Positions 10,259 through 21,371 of a stretch of 64,000 bases of DNA are shown in pieces. The notes under the pieces were generated by a model. That model was not told the DNA's origin. It ran no database searches and was given only the letters and a program-made list of their open reading frames with translations. Position 1 is the stretch's first letter; each line of letters starts with the position of its first letter. Origin of the DNA: Vicinamibacteria bacterium (GTDB lineage: Bacteria > Acidobacteriota > Vicinamibacteria > Marinacidobacterales > Marinacidobacteraceae); assembly GCA_964291235.2 (NCBI GenBank), contig OZ219816.1:832001-896000 (forward strand), read 5' to 3'. A program made the translations under genes and the position numbers.

Positions 10259-11460
10259 GGCGTCCCGGAAAGCATGCCGGCGATGGCTGCGGTGACGAGC
10301 GTTGCCAGGGTGCCGCCGGCGAGGGCGCGGAGGCCAAGCCGCGCCAGGTCTTTCTTGCGCCCCGGAGCGATCGCGCCGATGCCGCCGATCTGGATGCCGA
10401 CCGACCCGAGATTCGCGAAGCCGCAGAGTGCGAAGGTCGCGATGACTTCGCTCTTCGCCGAGAGCGTCCCCGCGGCCTTCAGCGCGGTCAGGTCGAGGTA
10501 GGCGACGAACTCGTTGAGGATCACTTTCTTGCCCAGCATGGCCGCGACGGTGCTGACTTCACCGGCGGGGACGCCGATCAGGAACGCGATCGGGGCGAAG
10601 ACCCAGCCCAGGATCTGGGAGAGCGAAAGGCCCACCGCGCCGAGGGGCAGATTGACGAGCGCCACGATGCTGAGGAACGCGATCAGCATGGCGACCACGT
10701 TCAGCACCAGCTTCATCCCGGCGGAGGCGCCGGTCGCCGCCGCGTCGATGAGGTTCACCTCGGTCCGTTCCACCTTGTATTCGATCCGACCGGCGGTTTC
10801 CGGTTTCTCCGTCTCCGGACTGATGATCTTGGCCATCATGAGCGCCGCCGGAGCGTTCACCAGGCTCGCTGCCAGCAGGAACCTGGCATCCACCCCCAGG
10901 GCGATGTAGGCGGCGAGCATCCCGCCCGACACCGTGGCCATCCCCGAGACCATGACCGCGTGGAGTTCCGAGCGGGTCATCCGCTCGAGATAGGGAGCCA
11001 CCAGCAGGGGAGCCTCCGTCTGACCCATGAACACGTTCCCGGCCGCGGCAAGCGTCTCCGCGCCGCTGGTCCCGAACGTCTTCACCATCACCTTCGCCAT
11101 CCCGACCACGGCAAGCTGAAGGATTCCCAGGTAATAGAGGACCGAAAAAACGGACGCCACATAGACGATCGCCGGGAGGGCGGTGACCGCGAGGATGACG
11201 CCGAATTGCTCCCGATCGGCCAGCGGGCCGAACAGCAGCTCGATCCCGGCGTTCGCCTGCTGGAGCGCGAGATCCACTCCGTCCGCGATGGTGGACAAGA
11301 CGGCGGTTCCGGCGCCGGTCTTCAGCACCAGCACCGCGAAGGCGACCTGCATCGCGAGCGACCAGCCCACGATCCGCCACGGGAAGCGGCGCCGGTCCAG
11401 CGAGATGGCCCAGGCGATCCCGATCAGGACCGCGATCCCGAGGATCGGGAGTCCCGCCAT
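10255..11460 (-). CDS. NupC-like concentrative nucleoside transporter (CNT family)
   Basis: GNVFMGQTEAPL, GKKVILNEFVAY, TFALCGFANLGS; next to hpt and PNP. Confidence 0.92.
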   Translation of the reverse strand: MAGLPILGIAVLIGIAWAISLDRRRFPWRIVGWSLAMQVAFAVLVLKTGAGTAVLSTIADGVDLALQQANAGIELLFGPLADREQFGVILAVTALPAIVYVASVFSVLYYLGILQLAVVGMAKVMVKTFGTSGAETLAAAGNVFMGQTEAPLLVAPYLERMTRSELHAVMVSGMATVSGGMLAAYIALGVDARFLLAASLVNAPAALMMAKIISPETEKPETAGRIEYKVERTEVNLIDAAATGASAGMKLVLNVVAMLIAFLSIVALVNLPLGAVGLSLSQILGWVFAPIAFLIGVPAGEVSTVAAMLGKKVILNEFVAYLDLTALKAAGTLSAKSEVIATFALCGFANLGSVGIQIGGIGAIAPGRKKDLARLGLRALAGGTLATLVTAAIAGMLSGTP

Positions 11461-11484
11461 CTGGAAAGCTGGTCGGGAACGGGA

Positions 11485-11655
11485 TCAGCCGCCCGCGAGG
11501 TACATGACCCAGCCGATTCCGACGGCGAACCCGACGAAGCTGACGAAGGCCCAGAAGGTGAAGCGCAGCCGCGCCATCCATCCCTCGCGCATGAGGCAGG
11601 CAAAGGCCGGGGAGACCAGCGCGGCGAAGAGGATGAGCGCGGCGGCGTGACTCAT
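11485..11655 (-). CDS. Small two-TM membrane protein (56 aa)
   Basis: MSHAAALILFAALVSPAFA...FVGFAVGIGWVMYLAGG. ATGA overlap with the upstream gene. Confidence 0.65.
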   Translation of the reverse strand: MSHAAALILFAALVSPAFACLMREGWMARLRFTFWAFVSFVGFAVGIGWVMYLAGG

Positions 11656-12125
11656 CGCGCCGAGTCCCGGGGTCCGTCCGCGGGTGCGGCCTCTTCCGCC
11701 GATTCCTTCGCCCCGGTCGCGATGTCCCAGGCATCGAGGACGACGAGCATGTTGAGGAGTCCCGCCACGATCAGGAAGGCGTACCCGTACTCGTAGGTGG
11801 GCGCCTCCGGATTCCCGGCGCCGAAGCCCAGCAGGCGGGCCGCCACGTAGAGGCCCCCGGCCCCCACCTCGGCGGCGCCGGCGAGGAGGGTGAGCGGCGC
11901 CGCGGCTTCGAAGGGGAAGAGCTCGCCTTCCATGTGGAGCCCGAACCCGAACAGCAAACCGATGGAAACCAGGAAGACGACGCCGGTCCCGCGCCGCCCG
12001 AGGGCCAGGTGCCCGCCGCCGGGAAGAACGAGGCCCAGACCGCAATAGAGCAGGGGGTTCGACGCCTCCCGGCTCCCGGCGCGGGGTTGCTGGCCGGCGC
12101 TCGGCCGCGCCCTTGCCTCGACCAT
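11652..12125 (-). CDS. Membrane protein, DUF6677-like
   Basis: LVLPGGGHLALGRR...YEYGYAFLIVAGLLNMLVVLDAWD. TACGAT -10 sits 6 nt upstream of ATG 12125. Confidence 0.7.
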   Translation of the reverse strand: MVEARARPSAGQQPRAGSREASNPLLYCGLGLVLPGGGHLALGRRGTGVVFLVSIGLLFGFGLHMEGELFPFEAAAPLTLLAGAAEVGAGGLYVAARLLGFGAGNPEAPTYEYGYAFLIVAGLLNMLVVLDAWDIATGAKESAEEAAPADGPRDSAR

Positions 12126-12303
12126 CCCGGAATCGTAACCGGGCGGCGGGAGGCCGCCTGCTCCGACCGCGGTCGATGACCGGAGCCACAAGGGGCGTTG
12201 CTTGCTGCCCGGTCGGCCGGCGGCGCCGGTATTGAGACCGGCGGTCCGTGGCCCCTCGAACCGTGACGGGTCGCGCGATCCCCGCGATACGCTTTCGCCC
12301 GCC

Positions 12304-13542
12304 ATGAGTCCGCCCAGAAACGCCGTCGCTCCGGCGTCCGGAATCTGGTTCCTGGCGGGGGCCCGGACTCCCATGACGCCGTTCCTCGGCGAATTGGCGG
12401 GATGCACCGCAGTGGAGCTCGGGGCCGAGGCGGCGAAGGGCGCCCTCGACCGGTCCGGGGTGGAGCCGGAGCGGGTGGACCACGTGGTGGTCGGCAACGC
12501 CCAGCAGACCAGCAGCGACGCGATCTACGGCGCCCGGCACGTGGGCCTGCGGGCGGGGGTACCGGATTCGGTGCCGGCGCTCACCGTGAACCGCCTCTGC
12601 GGCTCGGGCATCCAGGCGGTGATCTCCGCGGCGCACCAGATGCTCGCCGGGGAAGCGGACGTTGTCCTCGCCGGCGGCATGGAGTCCATGAGCCAGGCGC
12701 CCTTCGTGGTGCGGGGCGCCCGTTCCGGCCTCCGGCTCGGTCACGGTAAGCTCGAGGACACCCTGGTCGCGGCGCTCACGGATGGCCGTTGCGGCCTTTC
12801 CATGTCCGACACCGCCGAGAACGTGGCGGAACGCACTGGGATCACCCGCGAGGATTCCGACGAATACGCGCTCCGCAGCCAGCAGACCGCGGATCGCGCC
12901 TTCCGGGCCGGGGCGCACGCCGAGGAGATCATCCCCGTCACCGTGAAGACCCGGAAGGGCGACGCCATCGTGTCGGAGGACGGGCACCGGCGTCCCCAGA
13001 CCACCCGGGAAGGCCTCGCCCGGCTCCGGCCGGCATTCCGCCGCGACGGGCTCGTCACGGCCGGCAACGCCAGCGGCATCGTGGACGGAGGCGCGGCCTT
13101 CGTGGTGGCGCGGGAGGGCGCGGCGACGGTGCGGGAAGGGTCTCCGCTCGGCAGGATCGTCTCCTGGGCCACCGCGGGCGTCCCTCCCGAGATCATGGGA
13201 CTCGGGCCGGTTCCGGCCAGCCGGGCGGCGCTCAAGGCCGCCGGGCTCGGGCTCAAGGACATGGACCGGATCGAGGTCAACGAGGCGTTCGCCCCCCAGT
13301 ACCTGGCGGTCGAGCGGGAACTCGGGCTGGACCGCGAACGAGTGAACGTGAACGGCGGTGCGATCGCGCTGGGGCATCCGCTGGGCGCCACGGGCACCCG
13401 TCTGCTGCTCACGCTGCTCCTCGAACTGCGGCGCTCGGGTGGCCGCTACGGGCTTGCCACCGCCTGCATCGGTGGCGGGCAGGGCATTGCGATGGTCGTC
13501 GAGGCGGCGGGAAGCGGCGCCGGCAACGGAGCGGCGTCGTGA
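12304..13542 (+). CDS. Acetyl-CoA C-acyltransferase (thiolase)
   Basis: NRLCGSG, GMESMS, NEAFA, GGAIALGHPLGATG, CIGGGQG. Confidence 0.95.
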   Translation: MSPPRNAVAPASGIWFLAGARTPMTPFLGELAGCTAVELGAEAAKGALDRSGVEPERVDHVVVGNAQQTSSDAIYGARHVGLRAGVPDSVPALTVNRLCGSGIQAVISAAHQMLAGEADVVLAGGMESMSQAPFVVRGARSGLRLGHGKLEDTLVAALTDGRCGLSMSDTAENVAERTGITREDSDEYALRSQQTADRAFRAGAHAEEIIPVTVKTRKGDAIVSEDGHRRPQTTREGLARLRPAFRRDGLVTAGNASGIVDGGAAFVVAREGAATVREGSPLGRIVSWATAGVPPEIMGLGPVPASRAALKAAGLGLKDMDRIEVNEAFAPQYLAVERELGLDRERVNVNGGAIALGHPLGATGTRLLLTLLLELRRSGGRYGLATACIGGGQGIAMVVEAAGSGAGNGAAS

Positions 13543-14330
13543 CGGCCCTTCCCGACCTCCTGGTCGAGCGACGGGAGACCGCCAAGGGACATCCCTTCGC
13601 TCTCGTCACGGTGGATCGGCCCAGGGCCCTCAACGCCCTGAACCGCAGCCTGGTGGAATCCCTCGCGGCCGCCTTCGAGGACCTCGGAGCCGACGGGGCC
13701 GCGGAGGGGATCGTCCTTACCGGCGCCGGTGACCGGGCCTTCGTTGCCGGGGCGGACATCTCCGAGTTGCGCGACCTCACCCCGGAAGCCGCCTTCCAGT
13801 TCGTCCGCCGCGGCCAGGAAGTCATGCGGACCATCGAGGGGACCGGCAAACCGGTCATCGCCGCGATCGGCGGCTACGCGCTCGGGGGCGGCCTCGAGCT
13901 CGCGCTTGCCTGTCACCTGCGGGTCGCGAGCCCGAAGGCCAGGCTCGGCCTCCCCGAGGTGAAGCTCGGCGTCATTCCCGGGTACGGCGGCACCCAGCGG
14001 CTGCCGCGCCTCATCGGCCGCGGCCGCTCGCTCCGGATGATCCTCACCGGCGAACCGGTGGACAGCGAGGAGGCGCTCGTGGCGGGGCTCGTGGATGCGG
14101 TCCACGAGGACGCGGTCGAAGGAGCGGCGGCGCTCCTCGACCGGGTGCTCGCCAACGGCCCGCTCGCGGTCCGGAACGCACTCCTCGCGGTGGATGCGGG
14201 GCTTGCCGGCCTCGAGGACGGCCTGCTGGCCGAGGCATCGCTCTTTTCGTCGCTCGCCGGCACCGACGACATGCGGGAGGGGCTGGGCGCGTTCCTGGAG
14301 AAGCGTCCGGCGCGGTTCCGTGGCGCCTGA
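13539..14330 (+). CDS. Enoyl-CoA hydratase/crotonase
   Basis: [53 protein letters not shown] overlap. Confidence 0.93.
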   Translation: MTALPDLLVERRETAKGHPFALVTVDRPRALNALNRSLVESLAAAFEDLGADGAAEGIVLTGAGDRAFVAGADISELRDLTPEAAFQFVRRGQEVMRTIEGTGKPVIAAIGGYALGGGLELALACHLRVASPKARLGLPEVKLGVIPGYGGTQRLPRLIGRGRSLRMILTGEPVDSEEALVAGLVDAVHEDAVEGAAALLDRVLANGPLAVRNALLAVDAGLAGLEDGLLAEASLFSSLAGTDDMREGLGAFLEKRPARFRGA

Positions 14331-14859
14331 TCCGGGGTCCCGGCGGAGGCCCGACGCGGGCGGCGACGCCGCGGAGACCGGACCGCTCGCCGGCTACCAC
14401 TTCGGAATCGTTTTCTCGGAGCGGGACACGCCCTCGGGCCGCCTCGCCGCCGCCGCCGAGCACTGGCTGCAGGCGGAAGGAGCCGATATCTCGCGCTATC
14501 CGGCGCCCGCCGCTTTCGAGGTGGCCCAACTGACCGGCTGGCTGGCGGACTCCGGGCGGGTGGACGGAATCGTCGCCTGCGCCTCGATCGTGCGCGGGGA
14601 GACCTCCCACGACCGTCATCTTGCCGAGGCGGTGACCACCGGGCTCCTGGAAATCGCCGTTCGGACCGGGATTCCGGTGGGGAACGCGGTCCTGACCGTG
14701 GACACCAGCGAACAGGCCGACGCCCGTTCCGGGGGCGCCCGGGGAAACCGCGGCGAGGACGCGGCGCGGGCGGTCGCCGGATTGCTCCGCGCCCGAAAGC
14801 GTCTTGGCGAGCGCCCGGGCCGCGATCTTGGGCCGCTACCGGTTTCGGGGCGCCACTGA
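14320..14859 (+). CDS. ribH: 6,7-dimethyl-8-ribityllumazine synthase (divergent)
   Basis: [45 protein letters not shown]; directly upstream of nusB. Confidence 0.8.
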   Translation: MAPDPGSRRRPDAGGDAAETGPLAGYHFGIVFSERDTPSGRLAAAAEHWLQAEGADISRYPAPAAFEVAQLTGWLADSGRVDGIVACASIVRGETSHDRHLAEAVTTGLLEIAVRTGIPVGNAVLTVDTSEQADARSGGARGNRGEDAARAVAGLLRARKRLGERPGRDLGPLPVSGRH

Positions 14860-14860
14860 A

Positions 14861-15337
14861 ATGGACCCCCGGACCGCGCGCGAGCGCCGCCGCGGGCGCG
14901 AACTCGCCGCGCAGATGCTGTCTTCCTGGGAAGCGAATCCCGCATCGCCGCCGTCCATCGTGGCGGGGGTGCGGGATCTCACCCGGGCGAGCGAAAGGCA
15001 CCTGGAGTTCGCGGAAGCGCTCGCGAAAGCCGTCTGGGAGCGGCTCGCCGAGATTGACCGCCGTCTGGACGAGACCACCAAGCCCTACTGGAAGGAGAAC
15101 ATGGGGCGGGTCGAGCGCAGCGTGCTGCGGGTGGCGGTGGCCGAACTGCTCACCGGGAGCGCGCCGCCCCGCGTCGTCCTGAGCGAGGCCATCGAGGTGG
15201 CCCGCCGTTACGCCGGGGAAGACTCCACTTCGTTCGTCCACGCCGTGCTTGACGGGGTCGTCCGCCAACTCGGACCGGCGGGGGCGTCCGCCGCCAGCCC
15301 GGGCGACGACGGCGCCGGGGAAGGACGGGATTCATGA
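14861..15337 (+). CDS. nusB: Transcription antitermination factor NusB
   Basis: [45 protein letters not shown]. Confidence 0.9.
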   Translation: MDPRTARERRRGRELAAQMLSSWEANPASPPSIVAGVRDLTRASERHLEFAEALAKAVWERLAEIDRRLDETTKPYWKENMGRVERSVLRVAVAELLTGSAPPRVVLSEAIEVARRYAGEDSTSFVHAVLDGVVRQLGPAGASAASPGDDGAGEGRDS

Positions 15338-16863
15338 GCGAGACTCCGAAGAGCGCCGAGCCCGCCATGAACCGGGACGAACGGGACCGGCGCCGCAAGC
15401 TGGCGGAGATCGAGAGCCTCGGAGTTTCCGTCTGGCCGAGCCGCTATGCCGCCTCGCACACCCTCGGGCAGGTCTCGGAGTCGTACGGGGACCTTGACGG
15501 GCCCGCGCTCGAGGCCACCCCCGAGGCGGATCGGGCGGTGCGGGTCGCCGGCCGCATCGTGGCGATCCGGTCGTTCGGGAAGGCGGCGTTTCTCCGGATT
15601 TCGGAGGGGGCGGCCACTCTCCAGGCCCACGTGCGCCGCGACGTGCTTGCGGAGCGCGATTTTGCGGTTTCGAAGCGGCTCGACCTTGGAGACTGGGTAG
15701 GGATCGCCGGCCCGGTGTTCCGGACCCGCACCGGAGAACTCACGGTTCGCGCCGACTCCCTGACCTTTCTGGCGAAGGCCCTGCTGCCGCTTCCCGAGAA
15801 GTGGCACGGCCTGACCGATCGGGACACCCGCTACCGCCAGCGCTACCTGGACCTCCTCGGAAATCCCGCTACCCGCGAGGTCTTTCGCCGCCGGGCGGCC
15901 ATGGTCTCGTCCATGCGCCGCTTCATGGACGCCGAGGGTTTTCTGGAGGTCGAGACTCCCATGCTCCAGCCCCTCGCCACCGGGGCGGCGGCGCGGCCCT
16001 TCCAGACCCGGCACCGGGCGCTCGGGATCGACCTCTACCTGAGGGTAGCGCCCGAGCTCTACCTGAAGCGGCTGGTGGTCGGTGGGTTCCCGAGGGTTTA
16101 CGAGATCAACCGCAACTTTCGGAACGAGGGGCTTTCCACCCGCCACAACCCCGAGTTCACCATGCTCGAGTTCTACCGGGCGTTCACCGACTGCGCCGGC
16201 ATGATGGACTTCACCGAGCGTTTGCTGATCGCCGCCGCCGGGGTCGTCCTTGGTGGTGAGCCGGCGATTTTCGGAGACGAGGAGATCGCCTTCGAAAAGC
16301 CTTTCGTGCGCGTCTCGCTCCGCGAGGTCACCGAAGCGGCGCTCCGGGATCGCGGCGTTCGGCTCAGCGGGGACGAGTTGCGCTCGGCGCCGGCGCTGGC
16401 CGACGCCCACCGCCGGCTCGATCTCACGCTGCCTCCCGATGAGAGCGCCGGGAAGCTGCTGGTGAGCCTCTTCGAAGCGCTTGCCGAACGGAGCCTCGTG
16501 CAACCCACCTTCGTGACCGGCTACCCGGTGGAGGTGTCGCCGCTCTCCAAGGCGAGCCCGGAGGAGCCCGGGATCACCGAGCGGTTCGAACTGTTCGCCG
16601 GCGGGCTGGAAATCGCGAACGGGTTTTCGGAACTGAACGATCCCGACGAGCAGGCCGCCCGGTTCGGCGAACAGATGGCGAAGCGGCAGGCCGGCGAAGA
16701 ACACGCCATGGACTGGGATTACATCGAGGCGCTTCGGCACGGCCTGCCGCCGACCGGGGGTTGCGGCGTGGGAGTGGACCGGGTGGCGATGCTGCTCACC
16801 AACTCGGCCGCGATCCGGGACGTCATCCTCTTCCCGCACCTGCGTCCACGCGAGGGAAAGTGA
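15334..16863 (+). CDS. lysS: Lysine--tRNA ligase (class II)
   Basis: LPEKWHGL, RYRQRYLDL, ELYLKRLVVGG, FRNEG, HNPEFTMLEFY, GLPPTGGCGVGVDR. Confidence 0.97.
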   Translation: MSETPKSAEPAMNRDERDRRRKLAEIESLGVSVWPSRYAASHTLGQVSESYGDLDGPALEATPEADRAVRVAGRIVAIRSFGKAAFLRISEGAATLQAHVRRDVLAERDFAVSKRLDLGDWVGIAGPVFRTRTGELTVRADSLTFLAKALLPLPEKWHGLTDRDTRYRQRYLDLLGNPATREVFRRRAAMVSSMRRFMDAEGFLEVETPMLQPLATGAAARPFQTRHRALGIDLYLRVAPELYLKRLVVGGFPRVYEINRNFRNEGLSTRHNPEFTMLEFYRAFTDCAGMMDFTERLLIAAAGVVLGGEPAIFGDEEIAFEKPFVRVSLREVTEAALRDRGVRLSGDELRSAPALADAHRRLDLTLPPDESAGKLLVSLFEALAERSLVQPTFVTGYPVEVSPLSKASPEEPGITERFELFAGGLEIANGFSELNDPDEQAARFGEQMAKRQAGEEHAMDWDYIEALRHGLPPTGGCGVGVDRVAMLLTNSAAIRDVILFPHLRPREGK

Positions 16864-18146
16864 CCGGGAGCGAAGCCGGGCGGCCGGCCGGCCGCGGTCT
16901 GCTGGCGCGTCTCGGAGGCTCCTTTCCCTTCGAACTCCAGATCGCCGGGCGCTACCTGATGCTCCGCAAGCGGGGCATGTTCATTTCGGTGATCTCGGCG
17001 ATATCCGCGCTCGGGGTGGTCCTCGGGGTCGCGATCCTGCTGGTGGCGCTCGCCATCATGACGGGCTTTCAGGGAGAGCTGCGGGCGCGGATTCTCGGGG
17101 CGCTTTCCCACCTCACGGTGTACAGCCTCTCGGCGGAGGGATTCACCGACCACGCGGACGTGGTCGGGACGATCGAGGGCGTGCCGGGGGTGGAGGCGGC
17201 GGCGCCGGTGCTCTACGGCAAGGCGATCGCCCTCGGCCGGAGGGACGCCCTCGTGACCCTGAAGGGGGTGGACGCGGCCCGGGAACCGGGCGTGAGCGAG
17301 TTCGCCTCCCGGATGACCGCGGGGAGTTTCGCGGATCTTGAAGGCGTGGCGCCGGGGGAGCCGCCGCCGGTGCTCCTTGGGGAGGAACTGGCCATCGCGC
17401 TCGGCGTCGGGGTGGGGGAGACGATCCGGCTCATGGTTCCCGGGGGCCGCCTGACTCCGCTCGGCACCGTCCCGACCACCCGGCGGTTCCGGGTGGCGGG
17501 TTCCTTCCGTCTGGGCCTTTACGACTACGACAACGCCTGGGCGCTCATTCCGCTCGCCGAGGCGCAGCGGCTCACCGGCCGGCCGGGGGAGGCGAGCCAG
17601 GTCGAGGCCCGGGCCACCGACATGTTCGAGGTGCGGGAACTGGAGACCCGCGTCCGGGACACGCTCGGTCCGGGATATTCGGCGCTCAACTGGATCGACC
17701 TCAACACCACTCTCTTTTCGGCTTTCTGGCTCGAAAAGCTCGCCACCGCGCTGTTCGTCAGCTTCATCGTGGGGGTGGCGGCGCTCAACATCGTGGCGGG
17801 ACAGATCGTCACGGTGATCGAAAAGACCCGGGACATCGCCATCCTGCGATCCATGGGGGCCACCCGGCGGAGCATCATGGCGCTCTTCATGGCGCAGGGG
17901 GCCGCGATCGGGGTTCTCGGGACCGGAGTCGGGGCGGCGCTCGGGATCGCCGCCTGCCGGATCCTCGACGGCCGCATCCGGATTCCCGAGGACGTGTACC
18001 AGATCACCGCGGTGCCGTTCACCCTGCTTCCCGGCGATGTGGCGCTCGTCTGCATCTTCGCCCCGCTCGTCTGTTTCCTGGCCACCGTCTATCCGGCGCG
18101 CCGCGCCGCGTCGCTCGTGGTGACCGACGCCCTCCGCTTCCAGTGA
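16860..18146 (+). CDS. lolE: Lipoprotein-releasing ABC transporter permease (LolC/E family)
   Basis: FISVISAISALGVVLGV, MTGFQ, EKTRDIAILRSMGA, YPARRAA; followed by lolD. Confidence 0.88.
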   Translation: MTGSEAGRPAGRGLLARLGGSFPFELQIAGRYLMLRKRGMFISVISAISALGVVLGVAILLVALAIMTGFQGELRARILGALSHLTVYSLSAEGFTDHADVVGTIEGVPGVEAAAPVLYGKAIALGRRDALVTLKGVDAAREPGVSEFASRMTAGSFADLEGVAPGEPPPVLLGEELAIALGVGVGETIRLMVPGGRLTPLGTVPTTRRFRVAGSFRLGLYDYDNAWALIPLAEAQRLTGRPGEASQVEARATDMFEVRELETRVRDTLGPGYSALNWIDLNTTLFSAFWLEKLATALFVSFIVGVAALNIVAGQIVTVIEKTRDIAILRSMGATRRSIMALFMAQGAAIGVLGTGVGAALGIAACRILDGRIRIPEDVYQITAVPFTLLPGDVALVCIFAPLVCFLATVYPARRAASLVVTDALRFQ

Positions 18147-18826
18147 CCCTCCAGGTGGAAGCCCGCGGGCTCGACAAGACCTTCGCTACCGGCGCCGGGC
18201 GAATCCCGGTGCTCCGCAGTCTGGACATCGATGTCCAGCAGGGCGAGATGGTGGCCATCACCGGCCGCAGCGGGGTGGGGAAGACGACCCTGCTTCACGT
18301 CCTCGGGGCGCTCGACCGGCCGGACGCGGGCTCGATCCGGCTGGCCGGCGAGGAAGTGGCGCAGCTGTCCGAGCGGGAAGCGGCGGCTTTCCGCAACCGC
18401 AACGTGGGGTTCGTGTTCCAGCACCACCGGCTGCTGCCCGAACTGACCGCGGTGGAGAACGCCTCGTTGCCGCTGCGGATCCGGCGGCTGCCCCAGCGCG
18501 CCGCGGAGGCGCGGGCGGCGGAGCTGCTCGGCGAGCTGGGGCTCGGGGAGCGGCTCGGCCACCGCGCGGAGGAACTCAGCGGGGGCGAGCAGCAGCGGGT
18601 GGCGGTGGCCCGGGCGCTCGCTGGCGACCCGGCCCTGTTGATCGCCGACGAGCCCACCGGCAACCTCGACGACGCCGCCAGCGCCCAGTTGCTGGAACTG
18701 CTGTCCGCGCTTCACGCCGCCTACGGGCTCACCGCGGTCATTGCGAGCCACAGTCCCCAGGTCGCGGCGAGCTGCGACCGGGTGTTCCGTATGGAGTCCG
18801 GCGTGCTGCACGACGGCGCGGCCTAG
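18143..18826 (+). CDS. lolD: Lipoprotein-releasing ABC transporter ATP-binding protein
   Basis: GRSGVGKT, FRNRNVGFVFQ, LSGGEQQRVA, ADEPTGNLD. Confidence 0.9.
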   Translation: MTLQVEARGLDKTFATGAGRIPVLRSLDIDVQQGEMVAITGRSGVGKTTLLHVLGALDRPDAGSIRLAGEEVAQLSEREAAAFRNRNVGFVFQHHRLLPELTAVENASLPLRIRRLPQRAAEARAAELLGELGLGERLGHRAEELSGGEQQRVAVARALAGDPALLIADEPTGNLDDAASAQLLELLSALHAAYGLTAVIASHSPQVAASCDRVFRMESGVLHDGAA

Positions 18827-18920
18827 CAGCCGGCCGGTTGGCGGCCGGCGATTCGCGCGACGGGGCGGAATCGGGGCTGCTGCTAAATTGCGACTCGGCG
18901 CGGTCCCGCGCCGAAGATCA

Positions 18921-21371
18921 TTGTTCGAGCGATATACGGAGCGCGCCAAACGGGCCATCTACTTCGCCCGGCACGAGGCGTCCCAGTTGGGCGGCGACGC
19001 CATCGAGCCCGAACACCTGCTGCTCGGACTGCTGCGCGAGCTTCCCGCCGCGGTGGCGGGACGCCTCCACATCTCGCTCGAACGGGTGCGCACCGACGTG
19101 CAGAGCCACGTCCTGCTCCGGGACACGGTCTCCACCTCGGTAGGGATACCGCTCTCGGCGGAATCCAAGCGGGTGCTGGAACACGCCCGCGAAGAGGCGG
19201 ACCGGATGAACCACGAGAGCGTGGGAACCGAGCACCTGCTGCTCGGGGTGCTTCGGGAGCCCGGTTCCGCGGCGGCCGCGATCCTCGCGCGGCAGGGAGT
19301 GCGGGCGCCGGCGGTCCGGGAAGCGATCGCGCTCGACCACGGCCGGAGGAAATCCGGCGCTCGCGCCCGCGAGACTCCGCTCCTCGCCGAGTTCTCCCGC
19401 GACCTCACCCAGGCGGCGGGCGACGGGGCGCTCGACCCGCTCATCGGACGGACGGCGGAGCTGGACCGGGTGATCCAGGTCCTCTGTCGCCGCACCAAGA
19501 ACAACCCGGTCCTCATCGGCGAGCCGGGCATCGGCAAGACCGCGATCGTGGAAGGCCTCGCCAGCCGCATCGCCAGCGGCGATTGCCCCATCTTCCTGGC
19601 CGACCGGCGGATCGTCTCGCTCGACATCTCGCTGGTGGTGGCCGGCACCAAGTACCGGGGCCAATTCGAGGAGCGGCTGAAGGCGATCATCAAGGAGCTC
19701 GAGGAGTCCCCGTCGTTCATCGTGTTCGTGGATGAACTCCACACCCTGGTGGGAGCCGGCTCCGCGGAGGGTTCGCTCGATGCCGCCAACATCCTGAAAC
19801 CGGCCCTCTCCCGCGACGGCATCCAGTGCATCGGAGCCACCACCCCGGCGGAGTTCCGGCGCCACATCGAGCGTGACCGCAGCCTGGAGCGCCGTTTCCA
19901 AGGGGTGGTGGTGAAACCGCCGAGCGACGACGAGACGCTGGTGATCCTGCAAGGTGTCCGGGAACGCTACGAGCGCTACCACCACGTCCGTTACGCCGAG
20001 GATGCGATCGATGCCGCGGTCCGCCAGGCCCAGCGCTACATCACCGATCGCTTCCTGCCCGACAAGTCGGTGGACCTGCTCGACGAGGCCGGATCGCGGG
20101 TGAAGCTGCGGGACAACCGGTATTCGCAGGAGTTCGCCGAGATCCGGAAGCGCATTCAGGACATCCGCAAACGGAAGGACCAGGCGCTCGACAACGACGA
20201 CCTCGAGCGCGCCTCCCTGGCGCAGGATCAGGAAAATGCCGAACGCGAGAGTCTGGCGCTGGTGGAGGGCCGCTGGAAGGCCCGGGACGGTGAGGCGCCG
20301 CTCGTGACCCGGCGTGACGTGGACGAGGTGGTGGCCCACTGGACCGGGATCCCGCTGGGCTCGATCGAGGAAGAGGAGAGCCAGAAACTGCTCCGCATCG
20401 AGGACGTGCTCCACGAGCGCATCGTCGGGCAGGAAGAGGCGGTCGCCACGGTGGCGCGGGCGATCCGGCGGGCGCGGGCCGGGCTCAAGAACCCCGAGCG
20501 GCCCGGCGGGGTGTTCCTCTTCCTCGGTCCGTCCGGGGTGGGCAAGACGGAGGTGGCCCGTTCGCTGGCCGAATTCTTGCTGGGAACGGAACAATCCCTG
20601 CTGCGTTTTGACATGAGCGAGTACATGGAACGGCACTCCGTCTCCCGCTTCATCGGTTCGCCGCCGGGCTATGTCGGACACGAAGAAGGGGGGCATCTCA
20701 CCGAGCAGGTGCGCCGCAACCCCTATTCGGTGCTGCTCCTCGACGAGTTCGAAAAAGCCCATCCCGATGTCTGGAACCTGCTGCTCCAGGTGTTCGAGGA
20801 CGGCCGGCTTACCGATGGGCTCGGAAATACCGTGGATTTCCGGAACTCGATCATCATCATGACTTCCAACCTGGGCGCCCGCCACATCCAGAAGCAGGCA
20901 TCCCTCGGGTTCGCCTCCGCCGAGGCGGGGCACCGGAAGCGGGCGATGCGCGAACTTATCCAGGGGGAGGTCAAGAAGACCTTCAGCCCCGAGTTCATCA
21001 ACCGGCTCGATGCCGTGGTCATCTTCGACATGCTGACCGAGGCAGACCTCACCGAGATCCTGCGGCGCCTGATCGGCCGCATGAATCAGGAACTCCGTGA
21101 CCGGGGACTCACGGTCGAACTCACTCCGGAGGCGGAGGCGTTCCTCGTGCGGGAGACGCTGCGCGACCGTTCCTACGGGGCGCGGCCGCTCCGGCGCGCT
21201 CTTCAGAAATACGTCGAGGATCCCCTCTCGGAAGCGGTGCTCACCGGAGCGGTCGGCCCCGGCGACCCAGTGGAAATTTTCTTGCAGGAGGGGGAACTCG
21301 TCGTCCGCCGGAGCGGCCAGGCGCTCCTCGGAGAAGCCGAGGAATCCCTCGAGGAAGTGGTGGCCGGATGA
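18921..21371 (+). CDS. clpC: ATP-dependent Clp protease ATP-binding subunit ClpC
   Basis: TTG start ([11 protein letters not shown]), Clp-N repeats, GEPGIGKT and GPSGVGKT Walker A motifs, GARPLRR. Confidence 0.93.
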   Translation: MFERYTERAKRAIYFARHEASQLGGDAIEPEHLLLGLLRELPAAVAGRLHISLERVRTDVQSHVLLRDTVSTSVGIPLSAESKRVLEHAREEADRMNHESVGTEHLLLGVLREPGSAAAAILARQGVRAPAVREAIALDHGRRKSGARARETPLLAEFSRDLTQAAGDGALDPLIGRTAELDRVIQVLCRRTKNNPVLIGEPGIGKTAIVEGLASRIASGDCPIFLADRRIVSLDISLVVAGTKYRGQFEERLKAIIKELEESPSFIVFVDELHTLVGAGSAEGSLDAANILKPALSRDGIQCIGATTPAEFRRHIERDRSLERRFQGVVVKPPSDDETLVILQGVRERYERYHHVRYAEDAIDAAVRQAQRYITDRFLPDKSVDLLDEAGSRVKLRDNRYSQEFAEIRKRIQDIRKRKDQALDNDDLERASLAQDQENAERESLALVEGRWKARDGEAPLVTRRDVDEVVAHWTGIPLGSIEEEESQKLLRIEDVLHERIVGQEEAVATVARAIRRARAGLKNPERPGGVFLFLGPSGVGKTEVARSLAEFLLGTEQSLLRFDMSEYMERHSVSRFIGSPPGYVGHEEGGHLTEQVRRNPYSVLLLDEFEKAHPDVWNLLLQVFEDGRLTDGLGNTVDFRNSIIIMTSNLGARHIQKQASLGFASAEAGHRKRAMRELIQGEVKKTFSPEFINRLDAVVIFDMLTEADLTEILRRLIGRMNQELRDRGLTVELTPEAEAFLVRETLRDRSYGARPLRRALQKYVEDPLSEAVLTGAVGPGDPVEIFLQEGELVVRRSGQALLGEAEESLEEVVAG

